The notes under the pieces were generated by a model that was not told where the DNA came from, made no database searches, and saw only the letters and a list, made by a program, of their open reading frames with translations. 64,000 nucleotides of DNA, from assembly GCA_965240325.2 (NCBI GenBank), contig OZ251240.1:62001-126000 (forward strand). The letters run 5' to 3'. How positions within the stretch are numbered: the stretch's first letter is position 1; each line of letters starts with the position of its first letter. Below, one piece after another: positions 22,550 to 33,356 of this stretch. The DNA comes from Rebecca billardiae RCC1528 (taxonomy: Eukaryota > Protista > Haptophyta). Both the position numbers and the translations under genes were made by a program.

Positions 22550-24512
22550 TCAGTACGGGTCAAAGCACCAGCCCACGTACCCGGCAGAGCCGGGCGCGGC
22601 CGCCATCACGCTCGAGTAGGTGTCGGCGATCGCGGTGACGCCCCACAGGATCTTGGAGAGGGGCGGCGCGCTCCACTCGATCGCCTGCACCGACGTGCCG
22701 CCGCCGTGCAGCCAGAAGTCCACGTACTGCTGCCACTCCGACGGCATGCCGCCGTCCGCGCCGTCTGTGCGCGCGCGCGCGCCGTGTCCGGGCGGCGCCG
22801 CGCGTGAGGGGTGCAGTGGCAGGGGGAGGGCGCGGGGGCGGGCGGGGCCGGCTGCGCGGGCGGGCCGCGCGCGCGCGCGCACAGAGCTGCGGCACGAAGT
22901 AGTCGACCAGCCCCCAGTCGAAGGACGTGTAGTCGAGCGTGGGCGTGCCCGCCGCCGAGTGCGCGGGCCCCTCTGCGAGTGAGGTGAGGTACACCTGCAG
23001 CCCCGCCGCAGAGGCGTTGGCCAGCAGCGCGTGCAGCCCCTCGAGGGTGGCGCCGCCGCCCGACATGTCGAGGTACTCCCAGTCGAAGCAGACGCCGTCC
23101 CAGCCCAGCGCCTTGACGGCGCCCATCTGCGCCCCCAGCGCCTCGTACATCGCGTCCGACCACTGCGTGCCCCCGCCGCCCAGCGTGAGCACATACGGCC
23201 CGTAGCCGCCGCTGCTGGGCACCTGCGGCGGCGCCTTGGCCAGCACGTCCTCCACCGGGTCGACGCCGCCCGGGAAGGAGAACATGTACGGGAAGGAGGC
23301 GGAGGCGGGGGGCGCGCCAGGCTGGCACGACGACGCCGCGCCGTAGAAGAAGCCTGCCGGCGGCGAGGGGGCGGCGGGGGCGGCGGGCGGTGGGCGGCAG
23401 CGCGAGTGTGAAGTGCGTAGTGCGTGTGCTGCGGCACGGCGGCGGCGCCCGGCACACACCCTGGATCAGAGCGGAGGACTGCACCGCGGCACCAGCGCCG
23501 GCACCGCCGTCGGCGCCGGCGTCGGGTACGGCGTCAGCGTCCACCTCGCCCACCTCGAGCACCTCGAGCACCTCCACCGCCTCCACCGCCCCCACCGCCT
23601 CCACGGCGGCGGCGGAGGGCGCAGGGGCGGCGGCCTCGGCGGAGGGCGGGCACGCGCAGCTCGACGTGGGCGGGTCCGGGCCGAGGCCGCCCGAGCACTG
23701 CCCGCCGCCCCACGCGAACGCCCCCGCCCTGCTCCCGGCGAACTTGTTCACGTGGCAGAAGTCGCCGATGGCGTTGGGGTTGGCCGCGGAGATGTAGCCA
23801 GCCGGCACAAAGGAGGGGGCGCCGCCGCAGAGGTACGGGATGGAGTACGGGCCGTCGTTGTACAGGTTGGCGGCGGACTGCTCCGGGCTCATCTGCGTGT
23901 TGTCCCCGTTCTGCCAGATCCCGTTCAGCACGGTCGCGATGCACGCGGGCGCGTGCGCGCAGCCCGCGTACGGCCCAGGCGGGCAGCTGCCGCCCCACGA
24001 GCCGCCGCTCGACCACTGGCACTCGCCCGCGGCGATGATCACGGCGCCGGCGCACGAGTCGGCGTGCGTCGGGTTGACCTGGAGGAACACGCCCGCGATC
24101 TGCGCCACGCTGATCGTCTCGCCCCCGCCGTACGCCTCCGGGCTGTCGCACGCGCGCTGCGCCAAGGCTGCGCGATGCCGAGCGCGGTGCTCTCCATCAG
24201 CGCCGGCTCGTCGGTGAGGAGGGAGACGTCGCTCATCCAGATCATCTTGTCGTAGTAGTAGTACGGGAACGCATACTGCTGCTCGCACTTGGGGAACTGC
24301 CCCACCGCGGGGCACTGGATCTTGCTGTTCGCGTTGACGTGGCAGTTGCCGTGGGCGAGGTCGCCAAACACGTTCGGCGCACCGCTCGGCTGCAGCTGCT
24401 TCTCGAGGCGGGCGGACTCGGCGGCGCCGGGCGGGCGCAGGGCGACGGGGGCGACGAGCGCGATGGCCGCCAGGCACACTCGACCGACGACGGGGACGGA
24501 CGGCCGGGGCAA
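22550..24512 (-). pseudogene. Secreted-type protein: Cys-rich N-terminus + possible lysozyme/transglycosylase-like domain + GH18 chitinase-like barrel; frameshifted
   Basis: LTLGG, WDGVCFDWE, DYFVPQLY, SKILWGV and GYVGW motifs. Introns at about 23353-23459 and 22765-22882. An 11-bp insertion at 24157-24167 shifts the frame. No ATG precedes the signal-like segment. Confidence 0.65.
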
Positions 24513-24754
24513 TTATTCGCGTCGGGTTCGGGGCCGCGACTCGCGAGCGCGCGGCGAGCGAGCTGCCCGCCACAAACAAATCCCACAATTCGCGGCGGGA
24601 TCATCAAGCCGGCCCTTAGCCGGGTGGGCGTCTCCGACGCCGCCGCCGCGCGCGTTGCCGGACTTTGCCAGTTGGGCCACCACTGATCCGCGCGCCACCG
24701 GCGGCCGGCATCGCAACCCGACGCCGCTTTGCCATCCGCGTCCCCGCGCCGACG

Positions 24755-25168
24755 ATGAGCGTCGTCATCGGAGCGTACCCGGGGTACGATGGCGAGTTCG
24801 TCCCGAGCGGCACGCTGCACCTGAACGAGATGAAGAAGGGGAGGAAGGGCGGCGGCACGCTGCACATCGCGGGGCACCTCTCGGGCCTCGAGCCGAGCGT
24901 GAGCGGCGCGGGCATCCACGTGCACAGCGGCACGAGCTGCGACGACGCGGACGGCGTGGGCGGCCACCTCATGCTGGACAAGGACGGCCCCGACCCGTGG
25001 GCGGACGTGACGTACTCCACCAACCCGAAGGGCATCACCAAGGGCCTCTCGCTCAAGATCCCGGGCTTCTCCCTCGGCGAGGGCGCTGAGGGCGGCGTGC
25101 TGGGCCACGCGCTGGTCGTCCACCTCGACGACAACACGCGCGCGGGCTGCGGGCTCATCGTGGGCTGA
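24755..25168 (+). CDS. Cu/Zn superoxide dismutase-fold protein, probably Cu-only type
   Basis: GIHVH, C...GGH, ALVVH and RAGCG motifs. Zn-loop histidines and the electrostatic loop appear missing. Confidence 0.8.
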   Translation: MSVVIGAYPGYDGEFVPSGTLHLNEMKKGRKGGGTLHIAGHLSGLEPSVSGAGIHVHSGTSCDDADGVGGHLMLDKDGPDPWADVTYSTNPKGITKGLSLKIPGFSLGEGAEGGVLGHALVVHLDDNTRAGCGLIVG

Positions 25169-25619
25169 GGCGGCACGGCCTGGGGCGCTGCGCTGGGGTC
25201 GTCGCGCGGGTGCGGCGCGGGCCGCCCTCACTTTGACCGTTGCGGGCTGTCGAACAACCGCCCGAGCCCATGCACTGCCACCGGGGCGGGTCAGCGGCCT
25301 CAGCGGGCGGCGGCGTTCACGTTGGGATGACACTGCACGTCGTGACCCGTGCTCAGCTCGTCGGCGTGTGCTGTCGTCATCGTATGCTACGGTTGATCGT
25401 CGCCATATATCACTCATCGGTTCGTCCAGATCGATGATATATATACACGCGGCTCAGCGCGCATTGGTGACGAGTGCTGTGCCCTGTCACACACTGGCTG
25501 CACTGGCTGCACTGGGCGCACGGCGCGCCGCCGCCGGCAGCGCGCACCACCGCATCAGCAGGCGCCGCCACCGTCGCCAGGCGCGCGCCAGGCCCAGCGC
25601 CGCCGCCGCCCGCCGCCGA

Positions 25620-27060
25620 TCACGCGGCCGCTGGGCCGGGCGGCGGCGGCGGGCTCTGCGCGGGCGCTGGCTCCGCGAGCAGCGCGGCCGTGATCGTGAG
25701 GTTGGAGCGCAGCGTCGACGGCAGCGCCGCCATCGCGGCGGCGAGAGCCGAGGCGGCGGCGGAGGAGGAGGGCGGCGGCGCGCGCACCCAGCTGAGCGCG
25801 CCCGCCGCCCAGCCGCCGAGCTCGGCGCCGAGCTCGGCGGCGGAGGGCAGCGCGCGCAGCCGCGCGGCCGCCCACGCCGCCCAGCCCAGCGCGGCGCGCC
25901 CGCCGTCCGCGGCCTCGGCCGCGCCGCCGTCCGGCGCGTCGGCCGCGCCGCCGCGCTCGGCGTGCGCGCCGCGCGCGCCGCCGAGCGCGGCCGCGGCGGC
26001 GCGCAGCGCGCGCGCGCACGCCGCGCGCGCGGGCCGCAGCGCGCGCGCCGCCGCGTCGGCCAGGCCCGCCGGGGCGAGCGCGCGGTCGAGCGCGCGCGCC
26101 GCGGCGCGCACCGCGGCGCGCCCGGCCGCGCGGCCGACGGCGCCCTCCGCCAGCTGCGCGCGCGCACACAGTGCGAGCGCCGCGCAGCCCGCGGCGCACA
26201 GCGCGGCACAACCCGCGCCCAGCCGCGCGCGCCGCGCGCGCGCGCCGCGGCGCGCGCGCGCGCGCGCGAGCGCGCGCACGGCCGCGGCGTGCGCCGCGTG
26301 CGCGCCGCCCTCGCACGCGGCGGCGGCGACCACGTGCCTGAGCGCGCGCCCGTTCGCCGCGAGCGCCGCCGCGCCGCCGCCGCCGCCGCCGCCGCCGCCG
26401 AGCGCGCGCACCGCCGCCGCGACCGCGTGCCCGCGCGCGCCGCCGCCGCCGCCGGCGGCGGGTCCGACGAGGAGCGGCAGCGGCGGCGGCAGCGCGGCCG
26501 CCGCGCAGTACGCGGCGAGCGGGCACGCGTCGTCGGCGGGCGCGGCGGGCGGCGCGGCGCGCGCGCCCTCCCTGCCGCCGCCGCGCGCGCCGCGCGCGCC
26601 GCCGGGCGCGTGCGTTGCGCAGAGCAGCAGCAGCGCGGGCGGAGGCGGCGCGCCCGCGCGGCCCGCGAGCGCGCACTGCGCGCCGAGCAGCGCCGCGTGC
26701 GCGCGCGCGGCGGCGGCGCGCTGCGCCGCGCGCGCGGCGTCGCCATCGGGCTCGTCCGGCCCCGCCTCCTCCCCGCCGCCCCCGCCGTCGTCGAAGACCA
26801 GCGCCACCGCGTCCGCGCGCGCGGCCGCGGCCGCCAGCTGCCGCAGCGGCAGCGGCCGCGGCCGCGCGCCCGCGCCGCGCGGCTCGGCGGCCGGCGCGGC
26901 GGCCGCGGGCGGCGGGCGCCAGAGCGGCGCGCCCGCGTCGTCGGCGGCCGCGCGCTCCGGGTGCGCGCAGCAGCAGAGCGTGCCCGCGCTCTGCAGCACG
27001 AGCAGCGCCCCCGCGCCGCCGCCGCCGCCGCCGCCGCTCTCGGGCGCCGCCGCGGCGGGC

Positions 27061-27094
<34 letters not shown>

Positions 27095-28451
27095 GGTGCG
27101 GTGGGGGCGGTGCGGCGGCGGAGGCGGCGGCGGTGGCGCCCGGCGGCTCGTGCGCGGCGGCGCGCACGCGGCGCGCGCTCAGCCGCCCCGCCTCGGCGTC
27201 CGCCCCGCCCGGCAGCGCCGGCAGCGCCGCCAGCAGCGCGCGCGGCTGCGCAGGCGGCAGCTCGCCCAGCGCGCCGTGCACGGCCTCGCACGCGCGCCCC
27301 GCGCGGCCGCACTCGCAGCCGCACCCCGGCGCGCGGCCGCGGCGGCGCGCGCACACGCCGACGAGGAGGCAGAGCAGCGGGCGCGGCTCGGAGGCGGCCG
27401 CGGCGGGCGCGGGCGGCGCCGCCGGCGGCACGCGGCGCGCGGCGGCCGCGCCGCCCCACGGGTGCCGCGCCGCGCCCGCGCGACCGCCGCCGACGGCGCG
27501 CGGCCGCGCGGCCGCGGCCGCGCCGGCGGCGCGCGCGGCCGCGGCGGTGGGCGCGGGCTCGAGCGCGCGCGGCGGCATGCCGAGCCCGGCGAGCAGCGCC
27601 GCGGCGCACAGCGGCCGGGCGAGCGCGAGCGCGCTGAGCGCGTCGCACCAGAGCTCGGTCGGCAGCCCGGGGCCAGGCAGCGCAGCGCCTGGGCCTGGCG
27701 CAGCGCCCGCGCACACCGCGCCCGCCTCGGCCGCGGCCGCGAGCGCGTCGGCGCGCGGCTGCGCCTCGGGCGGGAGCGAGGCGTACACGAGGCGCAGCTC
27801 GTCCACGCCGAGCACGAGCTCGCGCGCATCCGCCGCGGCGCCCTCCTCGCCGCCGCCGCCGCCGCCCGGCTCGGCGGCGGCGGCGGGCGGCGGGCGGCGC
27901 TGCGGCCGCTGCGCCTGCCGGCGCGCGCGCGACACGTCCGCCGCGGCGTTGGCGGCGAGGGCGCGCAGCCGCGCGCGCGCGCGCGCGGAGAGCCGCGCGC
28001 GCAGCCCGTGCCCCGCCTCCTCCGGCTGCGCCGCCAGCGCCGGGTGCAGCAGCGCGCGCACGGCCGAGGGCGCCAGCTGCAGCGAGCGGCCGCTGTGCCC
28101 GAACGCGTGCATCGCGCGCGCGGCGCGCTCGGGCGCGGCGTGCGCGCAGAGCGCGATGAGGTAGATGAACCCGCCCACGCGCAGCGCGCCCCCCGCGCCC
28201 ACGCCATCCGGCAGCCGCTCGCGCACCGCCGCGCACAGCGCGCGCGCCTCGTCGGCGGCGAGCTTGCAGCCGTACGCGCGGCCGTGGAAGGCGGAGAGCT
28301 CGGCGGCGGAGAGCAGCCCGTCGCCGTCCTCGTCGCAGACGCGGAAGATGCGCACGAGCGCGGACACCGCCGCGGGGCGCAGCTCGCCCGTCCGCTCGTC
28401 GACGAGCAGCGGCGGCGGCCGCGGCGACGACGGCGGCGGGGGCGTCGCCAT
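25620..28451 (-). CDS. Divergent Miro (mitochondrial Rho GTPase)-like protein lacking the N-terminal GTPase
   Basis: ELRPAAVSALVRIFRVCDEDGDGLLSAAELSAF...DGV...GFIYL...AFGH matches the Miro EF-hand1/EF_assoc pattern. Later LCLLVG and ADAVALVFD resemble remnants of the second GTPase. Confidence 0.65.
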
Positions 28452-28509
28452 CCTTTGCCGGCCTGCCGCTCCGCGCTACGGCGCGGCTCGCCGCTCGCCG
28501 TTCGGTGCG

Positions 28510-29376
28510 ATGGCGGCCGGCCACGCGGTCGCGGCGCTCGTCGCGTCGCTGCTCGCGGCGACGGGCGCGCCGGCCGCGCGCCCGCCGGCGGCGGCGTCGT
28601 CCGCGGTGCCGCGGCACGTGGCGTTCATCCCCGACGGCAACGGCCGCTGGGCCACCGCGCGCGGCCTGCCCCGCTCCGCGGGGCACACGCGCGGCGCGCA
28701 GGTGGCGCTGGCGACCGCGCGCGCGTGCTTTGAGCGCGGCGTCGAGGCGGTGACGTTCTTCGGGCTCTCGACGGAGAACTGCGCGGGGCGCGCGCCGCCC
28801 GAGGTGCGCCACGTCCTCTCCACCGTGTGCGCCACGCTGCGCGCCAACGCCGCGCTGCTCGCGCGCGAGTCGATCGGCGTGCGCGTGCTCGGCGACGCGG
28901 GCGCGCTGCCGGCCGAGCTCGCGCAGACGCTGGCGCAGATGCGCGCGCTGAGGGAAGCGGAGGGCGGGCGCGGCGCGTGCGAGCGCACCGTGTGCATCGC
29001 GCTCGCGTACGGCGGCAAGGCCGACCTCGTCCGCGCCGCGCGCGCGCTCGCGCAGCTCGCCGCCGACGGCCAGCTCGCGCCCGGTGAGATTGACGAGGCG
29101 GCGCTGGCGGCGCGGCTGGGCAGCGGCCGCGCCGCGACGGCGACGGGCGTGCTGAGCTCGGATGCGCGGGACGCGGCGGCGCTGCCGGACATCGACCTCG
29201 TCGTGCGCACCTCGGGCGAGCGCCGCCTCTCCAACTTCATGCTGTGGCAGTGCGCGTACGCCGAGCTCCAGTTCGAGGCCGCGCACTGGCCCGAGTGGAG
29301 CGACGCGCACACCGAGGCCGCGCTGCAGCGGTACGCGGCCACCACGCGCAGGTTTGGCAGGGCGGGGCCGAGCTGA
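28510..29376 (+). CDS. cis-prenyltransferase (undecaprenyl/dehydrodolichyl diphosphate synthase family)
   Basis: PRHVAFIPDGNGRWA, STEN, YGGK and RTSGERRLSNFMLWQCAYAE motifs. Confidence 0.93.
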   Translation: MAAGHAVAALVASLLAATGAPAARPPAAASSAVPRHVAFIPDGNGRWATARGLPRSAGHTRGAQVALATARACFERGVEAVTFFGLSTENCAGRAPPEVRHVLSTVCATLRANAALLARESIGVRVLGDAGALPAELAQTLAQMRALREAEGGRGACERTVCIALAYGGKADLVRAARALAQLAADGQLAPGEIDEAALAARLGSGRAATATGVLSSDARDAAALPDIDLVVRTSGERRLSNFMLWQCAYAELQFEAAHWPEWSDAHTEAALQRYAATTRRFGRAGPS

Positions 29377-29514
29377 GGCGCGGGGGGCGCAGCAGGGCGG
29401 CGACGGCGGCACGCGCGGCAGCTGCCGACGCCGCGCTCAAGCTGACGTGCTGTCGCCAATAACGACTCGTCGTGCTGTGCCGGCGACGATGACGCACTAC
29501 TACTACATCGATCA

Positions 29515-31326
29515 TGGCCCGCGGTGCAGGGCGGAGCGCGCAGCGTGGAGCCCGCACCAGCGGGCCCGAACCACGTTTCAAAAAGATCTTTGATCAAAGA
29601 AAAAAGGGACGGGGGACGATTTTCAGGGCTGGAGGAGACCGAGTTTCGAATTTTGAGACTCCCTTACAGGTGCATCCTCGTCGAAAAAGGGCGCGTCCGC
29701 CGTCTTGAATAGTGAACAGAGGAATCAACGAAACCCACGCCCAAGTGTGCCAGGCAGGGTAATTGTGGGTAGACTCTCCTTAATGTAGTGTGACCATAGT
29801 AAAATAATATGGCCTCGCCGCTGCAAGATGCCAAGAACGACCGTTGACATTGAATCGTCCAACCAACTCCAATAGTGCGAGAGATTGAAAATACCCGCCG
29901 CAGCTATCCGTATAGTCGGAGCCGGAGGGGGCGCGGCGCGCGGCGTGTGCGGCCCGCCCCTTTCGAGGCTATTTTCGTCTTCGTTACGAGCGCGATTTAA
30001 AGCAGTATGAGATTGCCGCCAACCGCCAACCGATAAAAACGGCATTCAAGGAGCGACGACGTTTGATGATCGATCAAATGTTGATCGCGCAACCACAACG
30101 CAATCTTCATACTATCTCGTCCCTTGATGAATACTGGATACGGCCTTCTGAGCTCTGGAGTCGTCGCCTCGCCGCCTCGGCCACTGCCAGCACAGCCGAA
30201 CGAATAAAGCGAACGGAGGCCGAGCGGCGGCCCGCTGCGGCAGCGCACGATCGTTCAATCCGACGGACTCAGCGCAGGTGCGCGCTGCTGCGGCGGGTAT
30301 CCCGACGGTCGTCAGCGTCGCTTTCGTGCCCGCTCACCCCGCGCGCCCCGCCCTGCCGATCCCTCTTCGGCCCAGTCAGTGCGGTTTCCAACCGAGCACC
30401 GGACCGCGGACACGAATCGATGTCGACGCTCGCGCGCGGAGAGCAGTCGGCGACGGTACGAGGAGGAGACCGCGGGGCATCCTAACGCGTGAATCCATGC
30501 GCGCGCCCGCGCGCGCCACGCCGCACGCCGCGCAGCTGAACTCTCGGCATGTTCAAGCGCGGGCGGTCGCGAGGACGTCGCGGTTCAGCCGCGTCTCGCC
30601 GAGCCTGATCTGCAGTGCGGAGCCTTCGCCTGATCCAGTCGGCGTGGTGCGAGCGGGTAGTCTTGGACGTTTTGTCGGGATGTGGAGCAGCCACCACGGC
30701 CATCTCGCTCGCCCAAGCCCTCGCTCGCGCCGTCCATGGCCGAGCTGTGATGGCTCATCCGCGTGCGGCGTGCTGACTGACCGGGTGGAGCCTCTGGCTG
30801 CACATGATGCAGCGGCGCGGCAAGCAGCGCGCGCAGATCTGCGGGCGACGAGACTGGGCGAGTCCGAGTCGCAGCACGAGTTGGACCACGCGCACATCCT
30901 TTTTGCTCTCGTCCGCCGCATCCGAGCTGTCTCGAGTCTCGACGGCTTGACTGGCGCATGGGCGGGCGTTTCGCGCGCGAGCTCGGAGCTCGGACTGCGC
31001 CGCTGACCGTGAGCGGCGGCTCTCACTCACTCAGTGACTGAGAGCCAGCTCTGGCGCTGATGGGCACGGCGGATGCCTGACTGCCTGACACGAGAGCCAC
31101 AGGCTGATCTGCGAGCGGCGAGTCCGCGCGACGATGGCGAGGTTAGTGGCCGATATGCGACTCCGGGGCCGGACGCCGCGGCTGTGTCAGTGTGAGTGTC
31201 CGTGGTGGTCGGACGGAGCGGGTGGCACACCGCACAGACTGTCAGACGGCCGGCACAGACAGACTCTGCACCGCGGGCCCCCAACTACGTTGGTTCTGAC
31301 GGAAGAGGACCGCGGAACGCGGTCAT
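29515..31326 (+). mobile_element. Non-autonomous family A element (Helitron2/HINE-like)
   Basis: 5' ggcccgcggtgcag (29516-29529) with a perfect inverted subterminal copy at 31266-31279. 3' hairpin gaccgcg-gaa-cgcggtc (31308-31324). Ends shared with 45194-46809. Confidence 0.8.
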
Positions 31327-31511
31327 ATATATATATATATCGCGATCGGCGGCCTCGCCGCCGTTTGTCACGCCTACGAGGCGGGCGCGCGAGTGACGCG
31401 TGCGGGCGCCGGGCAGCGGCGACCCGCGCCCGACGATCGGCCGACGGCCGCGCGGCGGCGCATCCGATCGACTGCTGACATCGATGATGCTGATGATCGA
31501 TATATATATAT

Positions 31512-32311
31512 CCCCTCTTAGACCACAGTGTCTAACGAGAACTTTAGTCGGGCCAACCGTCGGCGGCCCTTGGCAACATGGCCATTGACGGCCGGTAGAG
31601 GCCGGCAGTAAGGCAGGATCCAGGCGGAGGCTCTCACCAGAGTTGGCGGCGCCGCGCGCGCCGCGCGCGCGCGCAAGGAGAGACACCATTCGGATCGTAG
31701 CTGGCAGCCAAGGGCCCAGTAGGCAGCCGAACGCGTGAGGCCTCGGAGAGAGGTAGCTGGCAAATGGAACATCCAGGACGTACAAACGTACACGGATGCA
31801 GCCGTACGGGCAATACGTATGATGCAGAGGTACACTGTCGCGCGACAGGAAGAGTGTGAAGTACGATCAGTCATCGCCGCCGCGCGCGCGCGCGCGCGCC
31901 AGTGCAGAAGGGAGAGGACAGGCGGAGCCGGGACCAAACGCGGAGCCCACGAAGGCAGAGGCTCGTGCGACACACGAGGATCACACGCCGCACGAGGACC
32001 GTGGCCGGGTGCGGCCCCCGAGCAGCGGGCAGAGGCGACCTACCGACGGTCGCCACACCGAGTGGCAGCCATTTCGTCCTGCGGCGAAGTCTTGCGGCCG
32101 GGCGCGCCTCCTGCGCCGCGCCCCTGGCGCGGAGCGTGGACGGGCGCAGGTTTGCGCCTCGCGCCGGCGCATCTTGGGCTCAAGCCCGTCGAAGAGCACG
32201 TGTTTGCGTCGCGCTTCGAAGGAGGGGGTTGGCAGCTCTTGTGGAGGAGGGCTCGGCGCGAGACGCAGTCGAGCAAGGGTCGCCTCCTTCCACAGGAATC
32301 AAAGCTCTTTC
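31512..32311 (+). repeat. Split direct repeat A1
   Basis: Matches 38983-39782; translations are identical in several frames. Confidence 0.95.
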
Positions 32312-33356
32312 TGTTGGTTTGGTTAAGATTGACATTGTATAGAGGGCGACATACATTGTATCCTCCGGGTCGAGAGTCTCGACAGCTGCGTTGAACAATC
32401 GTGTTGAGTGACGATGCTGTGTCTGCGGTAGCTCGCGAGCTCCGCCCAGCGCGCCTAACTACACTGGACCTTGCGGCGGACGCGCTCATCAGTGGAACCA
32501 CATACGATGAGTGTACGCACGCACAGAGCAAGCCCAGAGGTGGGTAGGAAGCCACTCAAGTACGGGTTTGGCAGGCTTAGAAGCTTTCCTTGGAGTTGAC
32601 GATGTTAAATCCCACGTTACAGTGACGATCGAGGTAGTTGGGCCTCCTGCATCAGGCTGTGGAGGTTGAGTGACGACACTGTGCTTGCGGAACTGCTCGC
32701 GAGCGCCGCCCAGTTGATTTACTCAGCTGATCAACAATCGATGCATAGGGTATACAGTATGGGGAACGATCTGCTCGGGGTAGAGAGTCTTGAAAGCCTG
32801 TAGTGGGCCCAAAGTCTTTCCCTCTGGAGTTGGGCAAGTACCGCTGATACAACCGACTACCGAGCCAAAACATCACGAACTGAGCTGAGAGGGCTGCGTT
32901 GGACATTCAATAAACTAACGTGAAAGAGTAGGCTGTTGACATTCAATCAAAAGCCACTCCAGTAGCGGTTCACTGTTCAGCCTCTGTGCTGGTGACTCGC
33001 GGGGTGTAGGGGGGCGGTACCGCCGCTTGCCCAACCCCCACGACTCACTTAGACCCACCCCCCGGTAGGGACGCCGACTGACGATTCAGATGCGACCCGT
33101 CTTTATCTTCTGTCTGTGTCCCTGCCGGGGGAACAATTCCCGCCGGGTGCAAGCCGTGGAGCACCCCTCAGTGGCAGTCGGCCGATACTGGGTTAGGGGG
33201 GCGGGTAATAAATCCCCTGAATACGTCGCCGTGGAGCAGAGAGAGTGGCGAACTCGCTGTCACGTTGAAAAAAAGAACAGCCCTCTTACTGTCAGCGGCA
33301 GCAGTAGGAGCAAACGGACCGCACTATCCCCGACTGGGGTCCTGCGTAAGGCAAAT

